This document shows positions 23,906-33,421 of a stretch of 42,368 bases of DNA, piece by piece (the stretch's first letter is position 1; each line of letters starts with the position of its first letter). The stretch covers positions 1 through 42,368 of IMG/VR virus record IMGVR_UViG_3300048849_000157; one strand, 5' to 3'. The notes beneath the pieces were generated by a model. The model was given only the letters and a program-made list of their open reading frames with translations. It did not search any database and had not been told where the DNA came from. Source of the stretch: a virus. Its lineage: Duplodnaviria; Caudoviricetes. Made by a program: the position numbers and the translations under genes.

Positions 23906-25072
23906 ATGACTGACGAAGCAATTGTTGCTCCGGCCGCGCCTTCCGCTGCGGTCATCGATGCACCAGCCCCAAACACGCCGGAACTCGGCAGCCAGACGCC
24001 GGTAGCGCCTAAGGCCGAACCCAAGCCAGAGGCAAAGCCGGAACCCAAGGCTGAGAAGCCTGTCGACAAGCCCTCCAAGTCCGCGGACGAAGCCGTTCGC
24101 CGCGCAAATGAGGCCGTCAAGGCCCGCAACGAAGCCGCTGAGAAGGCCAAGCCTGCTGCAAAGCCTGAAGCCAAGGTCGAGACGAAGGCTGAACCGCAGC
24201 CTCGGGCCGATGGCGGGAAGTTCGCATCCAAAGAATCGCAGGGGGACAAACCCAGCGATGGAACCGTGCAGGCGAAGACGGAGGGCGACCAAACGTCTGA
24301 GGGGCGGAAGCCTCACCACGAAGCGCCTGCACGGTTCAACGACCGCGCCAAGTCCGAATGGGCAACCGCTCCCGACTCCATCAAGGAGGAAGTCCACCGC
24401 GCTCTCAGCGAGAACGAGAAGGGCATCCAGAAATACAAGGAGCCGGCAGAGCGGTATGAGAAGATCCGTGAATACGACGACCTGGCCCGTAAGAACGGCC
24501 GGGAAGGCGTCCACGAGAGCCTGAAGCAGGTTGTCGAGATCGAACAGGCGTTCTCTCGCGATCCGATCGAAGGGCTCAAGAAGATCACCGACCATTTCGG
24601 GGTCAATCTGCAGGCTGTGGCGGCTCATATCATGGGTGAAAACCCGGATCAGCGCGTCCAGCAGGCACACACACGAATTCAGGAGCTTGAAGCCAAGGTC
24701 CAGCATATGGAACTGGCTGCCAAGGCTCCAGATATCGTTCGGGAATTCGCGGAAGCGCATGACCGTTTCGATGAACTGTCCGAAGTCATCGCTGTTCTCT
24801 TGAAGAACGGTACGGCGAAGGACCTGGAGGGGGCTTACGAGCTTGCCTCCGTACTGCGGCCTGCCTCAAACGCAGCCGAAAATAGCCAGCCGCTCACACC
24901 GGCAAACAGTGCACCGGCTCAAACCCAGGCACCGGCTGACATCCCGCTTAATCCAGCAGGACTCAAATCCGTGTCAGGTGCGCCTACAGGGGGCATTACC
25001 CCCGCGTCAAAGCGACCTGTCCCCAAATCCAACCTAGACGCCCTGAAAAGCGCTGCGGCGCGTGTGGGCTAA
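23906..25072 (+). CDS. capsid scaffolding protein
   Basis: Pro/Ala/Glu/Lys-rich N-terminus, coiled coil, immediately upstream of the capsid gene. Confidence 0.75.
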   Translation: MTDEAIVAPAAPSAAVIDAPAPNTPELGSQTPVAPKAEPKPEAKPEPKAEKPVDKPSKSADEAVRRANEAVKARNEAAEKAKPAAKPEAKVETKAEPQPRADGGKFASKESQGDKPSDGTVQAKTEGDQTSEGRKPHHEAPARFNDRAKSEWATAPDSIKEEVHRALSENEKGIQKYKEPAERYEKIREYDDLARKNGREGVHESLKQVVEIEQAFSRDPIEGLKKITDHFGVNLQAVAAHIMGENPDQRVQQAHTRIQELEAKVQHMELAAKAPDIVREFAEAHDRFDELSEVIAVLLKNGTAKDLEGAYELASVLRPASNAAENSQPLTPANSAPAQTQAPADIPLNPAGLKSVSGAPTGGITPASKRPVPKSNLDALKSAAARVG

Positions 25073-25087
25073 AGAGGACATAACGCA

Positions 25088-26119
25088 ATGGCAATCAATC
25101 CGCTTGCTCATTACCAGCAAGTTCTGTCGATGGCCCTCGAAGACCGGGGAACCGGTTACGAAGACCTCGTCTCGAACGCAATCCCGCTCATCGGCTTGAT
25201 GAAGTCGAAGGGCCTCATCCGGGAATATTCCGGCCCGCGCATCCGCGAAACCCTGCAGATCGGCAAGCCGACCGGCCAGTGGTACAGCGGCTACGACTTC
25301 CTGGACAATCCGCCGGTTGAACTCTTCAACGACGCCTATTGGACGCCAAAGATGATGGCTGTTCCGATCTCGCTCACCAATGAAGAGATCCTCAACAACT
25401 CCGGCGAAGCCCAGATCATGGACGTTCTTGCATCCTACATGGATGTGGCCGAGACGACCCTGACCGAGACCATCGAAACCGGCCTGTATTCGGACGGCAC
25501 CGCCAACAACGGCAAGCAGATCACCGGCCTTGCCGCCGCTGTTCCGATCGTCACCACTACGGGCACCTATGGCGGCATCGACCGCGCCGCCTATCCCCTG
25601 TGGCGCACCTCGTCGTTCGACGCGAACTCTGCATTCCCGGGGATCGGCACCCAGGTCACTGCTGCGACCATCCGGCCGATGCTCACGCAGATCTTCATGG
25701 CCCGTTCGCGTGGCAAGCAGTCGGCCGACATCCTCCTGATGTCGAATGAGCACTATGCAGCATATGACGCCGCTCTCGTCGCTGTGCAGCGCATCACTGA
25801 GCGTTCTGGCTCCGGCCGCATGAATGCCCTCGGCTTCAACAACCTCGCCTACATCGGCGCCGGTCGCGAAGTCGCTGTCGTCATGGGCGGCGGTATCGGT
25901 TCCGCCATCCCGGCGAACACCACGTTCGGCCTGAACTCGGACAGCCTGCGCCTTCGCGTCAACCCGATCCGGAAGATGGGCTCCAAGCTCTTCCCCGGCG
26001 ACGGCCAGATGCCCATCAACCAGGACGCCCTCGCACAGTTCATGGGCTTCATGGGGGAACTCACGATGAGCAATCCGCTGTTCAACTGGCGCCTGTTTGA
26101 TAGCAATCCTGCCGCGTAA
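25088..26119 (+). CDS. major capsid protein
   Basis: 343 aa; YSGYD.L, LYSDGT..GKQI.GL and YGGIDR motifs; strong codon bias. Confidence 0.88.
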   Translation: MAINPLAHYQQVLSMALEDRGTGYEDLVSNAIPLIGLMKSKGLIREYSGPRIRETLQIGKPTGQWYSGYDFLDNPPVELFNDAYWTPKMMAVPISLTNEEILNNSGEAQIMDVLASYMDVAETTLTETIETGLYSDGTANNGKQITGLAAAVPIVTTTGTYGGIDRAAYPLWRTSSFDANSAFPGIGTQVTAATIRPMLTQIFMARSRGKQSADILLMSNEHYAAYDAALVAVQRITERSGSGRMNALGFNNLAYIGAGREVAVVMGGGIGSAIPANTTFGLNSDSLRLRVNPIRKMGSKLFPGDGQMPINQDALAQFMGFMGELTMSNPLFNWRLFDSNPAA

Positions 26120-26176
26120 GGCCGCTGAAACCCAATATGGCTTCCACGCCAATCACGGTCGATAAGGAGACCTAAA

Positions 26177-26485
26177 ATGCCCGTAACCTCAACCCCTTCG
26201 CTGGGCTCGTCCATCAACGTCAACGGCGGTCTCGTCGGCCCTATCCCGTATTGGGACAGTGGCCGTGCGGTTCCGTCGCCACAGCTCGGCACTCTTATGC
26301 AGGCTGTCGATGGTCACACCTACATCTTCGCACAGGCTTCGGCCGCAATCGCATCCGCTGCCGTCACCATCCTGACGGAACCGGCCATGACGATGGCAAC
26401 CGGCGCCGGCGCATGGACCGCCCCCACCGTTACCGGTGGCGTTCCGATCAATCAGTACGCCTGGTTCAAGAAGACCGCGGCTTAA
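26177..26485 (+). CDS. capsid decoration/cement protein
   Basis: AAGGAG RBS; DG..YIF.QA and YAWF motifs; follows the capsid gene. Confidence 0.6.
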   Translation: MPVTSTPSLGSSINVNGGLVGPIPYWDSGRAVPSPQLGTLMQAVDGHTYIFAQASAAIASAAVTILTEPAMTMATGAGAWTAPTVTGGVPINQYAWFKKTAA

Positions 26486-26493
26486 CGATCGAC

Positions 26494-26526
26494 GGGCGGG
26501 GGCTTCGGCTCCCGCCTTTTCTTTTG
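26494..26526 (+). terminator. rho-independent terminator
   Basis: GGCGGGGGC-TTCG-GCTCCCGCC followed by TTTTCTTTT. Confidence 0.85.
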
Positions 26527-26551
26527 ACCCCTCAGACAAGGAACAACGAAG

Positions 26552-27286
26552 ATGGCCCAGGAAGACACTCGGCTCGTTGTCACATTCGAGAGCATCGCGG
26601 TTCACAACGAAGCCCGGTCCCGCTTGGAAGGCAGCCCCAAATTTGACGACATGGAAGTGTGCCGCATCCGCATGGGTGGCGACCGCCTCCAGTCTCCCGT
26701 ATTCCCCGCATGGGCGGAAGCGCCCGGCGGCATGGAGAACGACGAAGGCTTCATCGTCCCGTGCACCTACAAGGAAAAGTATGCCGACCAGTACAAGCGC
26801 TTCAAGGCAGGCAAGACGCAGACGCAGGACGGCACCCCGATCGACTACCTGCCGTTCCTGACGCCGGCAAAGGTTAAGGAACTGAAGTCCCTGCACATCT
26901 ACACGGCCGAGTCTCTTGCATCGCTCGACGGCCAGCCGCTGAAGTCCATGGGGCAGGGTGGCCTTGAATGGAAGAACCAGGCCCAGGCCTATCTCGACAA
27001 CGCCCAGGGCTCGGCGGTCGCAACCAAGCTTGCGCTTGAAAACCAGGAGCTTCGCCGCTTGCTTGAAGAAACCCGCAAGGAGCACACCGCGCCGGCTGCC
27101 CAGGCAACCGAACGCGTCCAGGAAAATCTCGGCTACGGCGATACTCAGGCGTCTGAGTTCGACAGCTGGGAGGACGATCTCCTGAAGGAATACATCAAGG
27201 ACAAGACCGGCAAGAGCCCACGGGGCAACCCAGGGCATGCAACGCTGGTCCAGACGGCGCAGGAACTCTCGGAAGAGTCTAAATAA
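26552..27286 (+). CDS. virion-module hypothetical protein
   Basis: Y..FK.G...Q.GTPI..LPFL..L....I.T.E.LA motif; AAGGA RBS. Confidence 0.7.
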   Translation: MAQEDTRLVVTFESIAVHNEARSRLEGSPKFDDMEVCRIRMGGDRLQSPVFPAWAEAPGGMENDEGFIVPCTYKEKYADQYKRFKAGKTQTQDGTPIDYLPFLTPAKVKELKSLHIYTAESLASLDGQPLKSMGQGGLEWKNQAQAYLDNAQGSAVATKLALENQELRRLLEETRKEHTAPAAQATERVQENLGYGDTQASEFDSWEDDLLKEYIKDKTGKSPRGNPGHATLVQTAQELSEESK

Positions 27287-27993
27287 TGACCGTCCTGAGC
27301 GCTATCCAATCCGCAGCGGTGCGTCTCATCAGCCGCAAGCCCAGCACTGTGTTTTCGGCAGAGGATGCTTTCTCCATCGAAATGCAGGACCTGGCGAACG
27401 AAGTGGCTCGAGACATAGCCAAGTCAACGGATTGGCAGGCGCTTATCACTGTCCACACGATCACAGGGAACGGGACGGACACTGCCTTCCCGCTTCCTGA
27501 CGACTATGACCGCATGCTCGTGGATTCCAGCCTCTACGACGGGAATAACTGGGCTTGGGGCTATACCCGCATCATGGGCGCATCCAACTGGCTGCGGATG
27601 GACATTGAGCGCTTCGGCTCGATTACCCCTGGCGGGTGGACGATCCTCGGCAACGAGTTCCGCTTTGTGCCGGCGCCGACGGCCGACTCCACGGCCAAGT
27701 TCGTCTATGTCAGCAACAACATCGTCATCTCCGAAAACAACGAGCTGAAGACCAGCTTTGAGACGGACAGTGACCGCTTCGTCCTTGACGAGAGGCTTCT
27801 AACCCTCGGCCTGATCTGGAAATGGCGCGAGATGAAGCGCCTTGAGGCCGCGACCGACCAGGCTAATTTCGAGAAGGCCTTTGCGGAGATCAGCGGCAGA
27901 GACAAGGGCTCGCAGATCCTGCGCATAGGGCGCAGCCCGTGGAACACCTACGACGTGAACCTTGCCTATCCTCGCCCGCTGGGTGTCTCCTGA
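27286..27993 (+). CDS. head-tail adaptor (tail tubular protein A-like)
   Basis: FPLPDDYDR and LLTLGLIWKW motifs; position in the podovirus tail module. Confidence 0.7.
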   Translation: MTVLSAIQSAAVRLISRKPSTVFSAEDAFSIEMQDLANEVARDIAKSTDWQALITVHTITGNGTDTAFPLPDDYDRMLVDSSLYDGNNWAWGYTRIMGASNWLRMDIERFGSITPGGWTILGNEFRFVPAPTADSTAKFVYVSNNIVISENNELKTSFETDSDRFVLDERLLTLGLIWKWREMKRLEAATDQANFEKAFAEISGRDKGSQILRIGRSPWNTYDVNLAYPRPLGVS

Positions 27994-29879
27994 TGTCGTT
28001 TAGGCCGGTTCGGCAAGCCAAGCCGCGTGCATCAACAATGAAGAGCTTCCCGGCGCCTACAGGCGGGTGGGTGAGCAACCAGAACCTTGCATCGCCTCCG
28101 TCTGGGCTTGCGGGCGCCTACGTCCTGGAAAACGTGTTCCCGACCGCACTGGGCGGCGAGATCCGCAAGGGCAGCGCTCCATACGCTCAGCTCGGCAGCG
28201 GTGCCGATCCTGTAACTGCGCTGTTCACCTACAATTTCGGCAACAACAAGAAATTCTTCGGCGCGACCGCAAACACCGTCTACGACATTACCGTGATCGT
28301 TGCCGCCCTAAACTATACGATCGGAACCGAGGGCGGCGATGAACTGGTGACCGACACCGGATCTTTTATCGGCCAGCTCTCGACAGGTGGCCTTGAGGTC
28401 ATCGAAGGGACGCTCGGCGGCGAATGGATCGATGAGCAGTTTTCCACGACTGGAGGCAATTTCCTCGTCCTGGTCAACGGCACTGATCCGATGCAGGTCT
28501 ACGATGGAACCGACTTCTACGCCATCACTGGGCAGAACGTTAACCGCCTCAACTATGACGGCGGCACAGTAGCATTTACGGCCGGCGCTGTCGTGACCGG
28601 CGCGACCTCTGGCGCAAGTGCCACGATTACCAAAGTCGTCGGAACCGTAGCCTCTGGGTATCTCGTGCTCGGAAACGTAACCGGAGGCCCTTTCCAGGAT
28701 AACGAAAACTTGACGGGTGGCGGTGGCGCAGCGAAAGCCAATGGCACTTCCGTTCAGCTTTTCGTCGGCATCACGGGCATTTCAACCAGCAGCTTCTCCT
28801 CTGTCTGGGCGTACAAAAACCGCCTATTCTTTCTGGAGAGAGACAGCCTGAACGTTTGGTATCTGCCTATCGACCAGATCGGCGGCGTTGCCACGCTTTT
28901 TCAGATGGGCGCAGAGTTCGGACTGGGTGGCAAGCTCCTGTTCGGATCTACCTGGTCCTTGGACGCCGGGAACGGCTTGAAAGACACCTGCGCATTTGTC
29001 TCCGATGAAGGCGAGTTCGTCATCTACGACGGCAGAAACCCTAATGATGCCGCCGATTGGGTGCGCGTTGGCCGATATCAGATGGGCAAGCCCAGAGGCC
29101 CCAAGTCCTTCTTCCGTGCCGGCGGCGATCTTGTCGTGGCTACTGACATCGGCTTGGTACCGCTTTCGCAGGCATTGCAGGTAGATTATTCGATCCTCTC
29201 GGCCAAGGCAGTATCCTTCCCAATCGAGACGGCTTGGAATGAGGCCGTAGAGACCCGCCTGGCTAGCTGGGACTGCATCGTGTGGCCCGAACACCAGATG
29301 GTGGTGGTTGCGCTCCCTACCGTCAATGAGCAGCCTCCAGAGATGTATGTCGTCAACGCCAGAACCGGCGCATGGGCGAAGTTCACCAACTGGGACGGAA
29401 CGTGTCTCGAGATCTTCAACGGCCGGCTGTTCTTCGGATCGGCCGAAGGCAAGGTCATCGAGGCCTATGTGACAGGGCAGGACCAGGGCGAGACCTTCAC
29501 GGCGACTTATGTCCCTCTCTTCGATGATCTCGGCAGCCCTGCGTCATTGAAGCTTGCCAGAATGGCACGGGCAGTAATGCGCGGCAGCCAGGACGTGAAC
29601 GTGCAACTCGACGTGATGAAGGATTACGTGATCGACCTCCCGTCGGCGCCTTCAGCGGCTCCTATCCCTCTTGGCTCGGAATGGGGCGTCGGAGAGTGGG
29701 GAGAAAGCTCATGGGGCGGGACGGCAACGCTCAAGGTGCAGCAGAGCTGGGGATCGGTCGGAACCTCCGGGTATGCGCTGGCGCCCTCGTGGCAGGTCAC
29801 CAGCGGCTCTATCATCCCGCTGGATACGGAAATCATCCGGATCGACATGACCTATGAAGTCGGGGACATCGTTACGTGA
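27993..29879 (+). CDS. tail hub/DNA stabilisation protein (tubular protein B, P22 gp10-like)
   Basis: 628 aa, beta-rich; PAPTGGW start and YKNRLFF motif. Confidence 0.75.
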   Translation: MSFRPVRQAKPRASTMKSFPAPTGGWVSNQNLASPPSGLAGAYVLENVFPTALGGEIRKGSAPYAQLGSGADPVTALFTYNFGNNKKFFGATANTVYDITVIVAALNYTIGTEGGDELVTDTGSFIGQLSTGGLEVIEGTLGGEWIDEQFSTTGGNFLVLVNGTDPMQVYDGTDFYAITGQNVNRLNYDGGTVAFTAGAVVTGATSGASATITKVVGTVASGYLVLGNVTGGPFQDNENLTGGGGAAKANGTSVQLFVGITGISTSSFSSVWAYKNRLFFLERDSLNVWYLPIDQIGGVATLFQMGAEFGLGGKLLFGSTWSLDAGNGLKDTCAFVSDEGEFVIYDGRNPNDAADWVRVGRYQMGKPRGPKSFFRAGGDLVVATDIGLVPLSQALQVDYSILSAKAVSFPIETAWNEAVETRLASWDCIVWPEHQMVVVALPTVNEQPPEMYVVNARTGAWAKFTNWDGTCLEIFNGRLFFGSAEGKVIEAYVTGQDQGETFTATYVPLFDDLGSPASLKLARMARAVMRGSQDVNVQLDVMKDYVIDLPSAPSAAPIPLGSEWGVGEWGESSWGGTATLKVQQSWGSVGTSGYALAPSWQVTSGSIIPLDTEIIRIDMTYEVGDIVT

Positions 29880-30259
29880 TCGTCGCTGATGAGCGGGTGG
29901 CTTTGTTCGTCAGCCAGAAGGTCGGCAAGGGGTTCGTCCCACCGTTCACCGCCATGGGCATCGAACAGGACGGCGAGATTATCTGCGGCTGCATCTTCAA
30001 CGTCTTCGAAGGCACCGATTGCCACGTGTCCATCGCCGGCAGTGGCTGGACGCGCTCCTTCTGCCGTGAGGTCGGGCGCTACGTCTTCGACCAGCTCGGC
30101 TACATTCGCATGACCGCCCTCACAGAGGCTCCGGAAGTCGTCGGCTTTGCCGAACGGCTTGGCGGGCAGGTTGAGGGGCTTCTCCGTAACCATTTTGGAC
30201 CGGGCAGAGACGCTTTTGTCATCGGGTTGCTTCGCGAAGAATACAAATTCCGGCCATAG
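29876..30259 (+). CDS. GNAT-fold protein of the tail module
   Basis: YVFDQLG..R.TA..ERLGG..EGLLR pattern. Confidence 0.65.
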   Translation: MIVADERVALFVSQKVGKGFVPPFTAMGIEQDGEIICGCIFNVFEGTDCHVSIAGSGWTRSFCREVGRYVFDQLGYIRMTALTEAPEVVGFAERLGGQVEGLLRNHFGPGRDAFVIGLLREEYKFRP

Positions 30260-30268
30260 GAGGCTACC

Positions 30269-31243
30269 ATCGTTTCGACCCCCAAGCCAGAATCCGCCGC
30301 CTCTCAGGCCGCGGCCCAATCCGGTCTCAACCGAGACACCGCGTTGACCCAGCAGCAGGTCAACATGGTCAATCAGGTGACGCCCGACGGCAGCCTGACC
30401 TATACCAAGAACGGCCAGAGCAGTTTTGTCGACTCCACCGGCAAGACCGTTACCACGCCGACCTATACGGCGACCACTTCGCTTTCCCCGGCGCAGCAGG
30501 CCATCAAGACGCAGACGGATTCCGCAAGCCTGAACCTCGGCAAGCTGGCGAACACGCAGTCTGGCTTCCTCAACGACTACCTGTCGAAGCCCTTCACGGC
30601 CGATACGACAGAAGCCGAAAACCGGCTGAACGAACTCGGATCGGCCCGGCTTGATCCGCGGTTTGCGAAGGAGCAGGACAGTCTCAGAACGCAGCTTATC
30701 TCGTCCGGCATCCGGCCAGGCACTGCTGCCTATGATCAGCAGATGGGGCAGCTTGGGCAGACCAAGAACGACGCCTACAACGAGCTTTACCTCAATGGCC
30801 GGTCGCAGGCGCTTCAGGAAGCCTATGCGCAGCGAAACCAGCCCCTGCAGGAGATCGGCGCCCTGATGAGCGGTGCTCAGGTGCAGTCTCCGCAGTTCGC
30901 ATCAACTCCTACAGCCAGCATTTCCAGCCCCAACTACATGCAGGCGTCCCAGAACAACTACGCTGCTCAGCAGCAGGCTTCCTCTGCAAAAATGGGCGGG
31001 CTTTTCGGTCTTCTATCGGGCGGCATTGGCCTCCTCTCCGACCGGGATGCAAAGGAAAACATCGTCCGCGTCGGTATCCTGGACAACGGTCTGTTCGTCT
31101 ATCGCTACAACTACCGCGGCGACAATGAAACGCACATTGGCCTTATCGCGCAGGAAGTCGAAAAGGCTATCCCTCACGCTGTTCGCACTGGCGAGGATGG
31201 CTTCAAGCGTGTCCGCTACGATCTCGCAACGGAGATGGCATAA
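30269..31243 (+). CDS. internal virion/ejection protein with C-terminal peptidase S74-like domain; probable ATC start
   Basis: AGGAGG-CTACC-ATC in frame with ORF 30344; NQVTPDGSLTY motif; SDRDAKENI..YRYNY..GLIAQEVE. Confidence 0.7.
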   Translation: MVSTPKPESAASQAAAQSGLNRDTALTQQQVNMVNQVTPDGSLTYTKNGQSSFVDSTGKTVTTPTYTATTSLSPAQQAIKTQTDSASLNLGKLANTQSGFLNDYLSKPFTADTTEAENRLNELGSARLDPRFAKEQDSLRTQLISSGIRPGTAAYDQQMGQLGQTKNDAYNELYLNGRSQALQEAYAQRNQPLQEIGALMSGAQVQSPQFASTPTASISSPNYMQASQNNYAAQQQASSAKMGGLFGLLSGGIGLLSDRDAKENIVRVGILDNGLFVYRYNYRGDNETHIGLIAQEVEKAIPHAVRTGEDGFKRVRYDLATEMA

Positions 31244-33421
31244 ATGGCTGTCGGCATCCTAGACCCTAAAAAGGGCATCGTCTGGCAGGGCAACGAAGCG
31301 CAGCTCCCTCCCGATGTGATTGAGCAGCTCCAGGCGCTGGAAGCCCGCAAGCGCATGGGTGGGATCGATACTAGCCCGGTTGACCATTGGACGCAGGGCG
31401 CTGCTCGTGTAGTCGATGCACTTGGCGGCGTTCTACGGCAAAAACGGCTGGACAACGCAGCGACCGAGAACACCACATACAACGAAGGCCTCATCGGCAG
31501 CCTTCTCGGCAATTCCGGCGGCTCGTCGTCAATGGCCCCGAATACGGGCGAACAGGCTGGCGTCTCTCAAGAGATGAACGCGACCAACCCGGCGCCGGTC
31601 GATGTCAGCCAGAACGGCTCCACATACGAACCATTTATCAACACGCTGAAACAAGGCGGCGTTACCAACCCTTATGGCCTGGCTGCGGTAGCTGCAACGG
31701 GAAAGGCCGAAAGCGGGTGGTCTCCTCAGAACGCTGGCCGCACATGGGCGGACCCTTCGCAGTCTGGGCAGGCTGGCACGGCCGGTGGCGTCATGTCATG
31801 GCGTGGCCCGCGGCTGGCCGCGCTGCAGTCGTTCGCAAAGGCTAACGGAGAGTCCGGAAACGGTTCCCCCGAAACGCAGGCAAAGTTTCTCCTCCAGGAA
31901 GATCCGAGCCTTATCCAAGCTCTGAACGGTGCGAAAAGCGTTGAGGAAGCGCAGTCCCGGATGAACCGGGCATGGGCATTCGCCGGTTACGACAAGCCAG
32001 GTGGCGAGAGTGCCCGTCGGCTTGGCTATGCCTCTGCCTACCTGCCCAAATTCCAGGGCGGGGAAGCTGCATCCACGCCACAGGCCGCTATTGAAGCCAT
32101 TGCTCCCAGTTCCGGGTACATCGACCCAGTCGTGAATTCCCAGCCGACGATGGCGACAACGCTAGTCTCCCCTGAAATGCCTCGGGCTGCGGGTAGTTTT
32201 GACGCTGGCCGCTTCGGTGATGCAGCGCCGGCCGCAGCAGCTACACCAGGTGCATTCGATAATGGCCGGTTTGGTGATCCGTCACAGCAGGCAGCAGCAC
32301 CAGTGCAGAACGGAGCTCCACCCGCAGGCGCGCCGCAGATCTATTCCGCTCAAAGCGATTTCGTTCCGGAGCTTCCCGCGCCAGTCGAAGTCTCTGCTCC
32401 TCCAGCCGTTGCGGCAGTTCCAGCATCTCCGCAGCAGCAGGTTGCGCAGGCTATGACGGCCCCGGCGCAGTCCCGATCGCAGGCGCCCAACATCAATGCG
32501 GCAATCATCAAGGCAATATCGGACCCTCGCGCAAGCGAGAGCACTAAGGCTATTGCCGGCCTCCTTCTGAAGCAGCAGCAGGCCCAGGCCCAGGCAGAGC
32601 GTGAGCAGCAGACGTGGATGGCTCGCCAGCAGTACGAGCAGCAGCAGAAGGTCAATGACCCAAGCTTCAAGCTCGAGCGCGAGAAGTTCGATTTCCAGAG
32701 GACGCAGGCGGCTCAGACAGGCGACATCAAAGAGTACGAATATGCGAAAACGCAGGGCTTTGATGGTTCTTTCGCTGAGTTCCAGCAGTCCATGAAGAAG
32801 GCCGGCGCCGCTAACACCACGATCAACACGGGTGAGGGGTCGAAGTTCTTCAACAAGCTGGACGAGAAGAACGCAGAGACCTTTGCCGCACTATCGGAGC
32901 AGGGTATGGCCGGCCGCGGTAAGATGGCCCAGATCGATCGCCTGGAATCCCTCATGGCAAACGCGCCACAGGGCGCAGTAGGTGTGCTTAAGCAGGCTGC
33001 CGGTGAATACGGCATCCCCACGGAAGGCCTCAGCGATATCCAGGCAGCTACCGCGCTCATCAACCAACTGGTGCCGCAGCAGCGCCAGCCCGGCTCCGGC
33101 ACCATGTCCGATGCGGATCTGGCTTTGTTCAAGCAGTCTCTCCCGCGCCTCATCAATCAGCCAGGTGGCAACCAGGCCATCATCCAAACCATGCGCGGTC
33201 TGACTGACTACCAGATCAAGACGGGTGAGATCGCAGATCGCGTTGCCAACCGCGAACTCAAGGAAGACGGCAAGCCTTATTCACCTGCCGATGCGCGCCG
33301 CGACATCGCCGCGCTGCCTAACCCTCTTGCGGCATTCAAGCCTCAGCCAGGTCAGCCGACGCCCAATGAAGGGTGGAAAGAAGTCTCGCCCGGCATCCGT
33401 TTCAAGCCAAAGGGGTCATAA
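31244..33421 (+). CDS. internal virion/ejection protein with phage-tail lysozyme-like domain
   Basis: AESGWSP..GVMSWRGPRL motif; Gln/Ala-rich; GSGTMSDADL motif. Confidence 0.7.
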   Translation: MAVGILDPKKGIVWQGNEAQLPPDVIEQLQALEARKRMGGIDTSPVDHWTQGAARVVDALGGVLRQKRLDNAATENTTYNEGLIGSLLGNSGGSSSMAPNTGEQAGVSQEMNATNPAPVDVSQNGSTYEPFINTLKQGGVTNPYGLAAVAATGKAESGWSPQNAGRTWADPSQSGQAGTAGGVMSWRGPRLAALQSFAKANGESGNGSPETQAKFLLQEDPSLIQALNGAKSVEEAQSRMNRAWAFAGYDKPGGESARRLGYASAYLPKFQGGEAASTPQAAIEAIAPSSGYIDPVVNSQPTMATTLVSPEMPRAAGSFDAGRFGDAAPAAAATPGAFDNGRFGDPSQQAAAPVQNGAPPAGAPQIYSAQSDFVPELPAPVEVSAPPAVAAVPASPQQQVAQAMTAPAQSRSQAPNINAAIIKAISDPRASESTKAIAGLLLKQQQAQAQAEREQQTWMARQQYEQQQKVNDPSFKLEREKFDFQRTQAAQTGDIKEYEYAKTQGFDGSFAEFQQSMKKAGAANTTINTGEGSKFFNKLDEKNAETFAALSEQGMAGRGKMAQIDRLESLMANAPQGAVGVLKQAAGEYGIPTEGLSDIQAATALINQLVPQQRQPGSGTMSDADLALFKQSLPRLINQPGGNQAIIQTMRGLTDYQIKTGEIADRVANRELKEDGKPYSPADARRDIAALPNPLAAFKPQPGQPTPNEGWKEVSPGIRFKPKGS

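Noticed and set aside
32190-32280. tandem GxFDxGRFGD repeat as a possible array or variable region
   Set aside because: Only two in-frame copies within a low-complexity linker.
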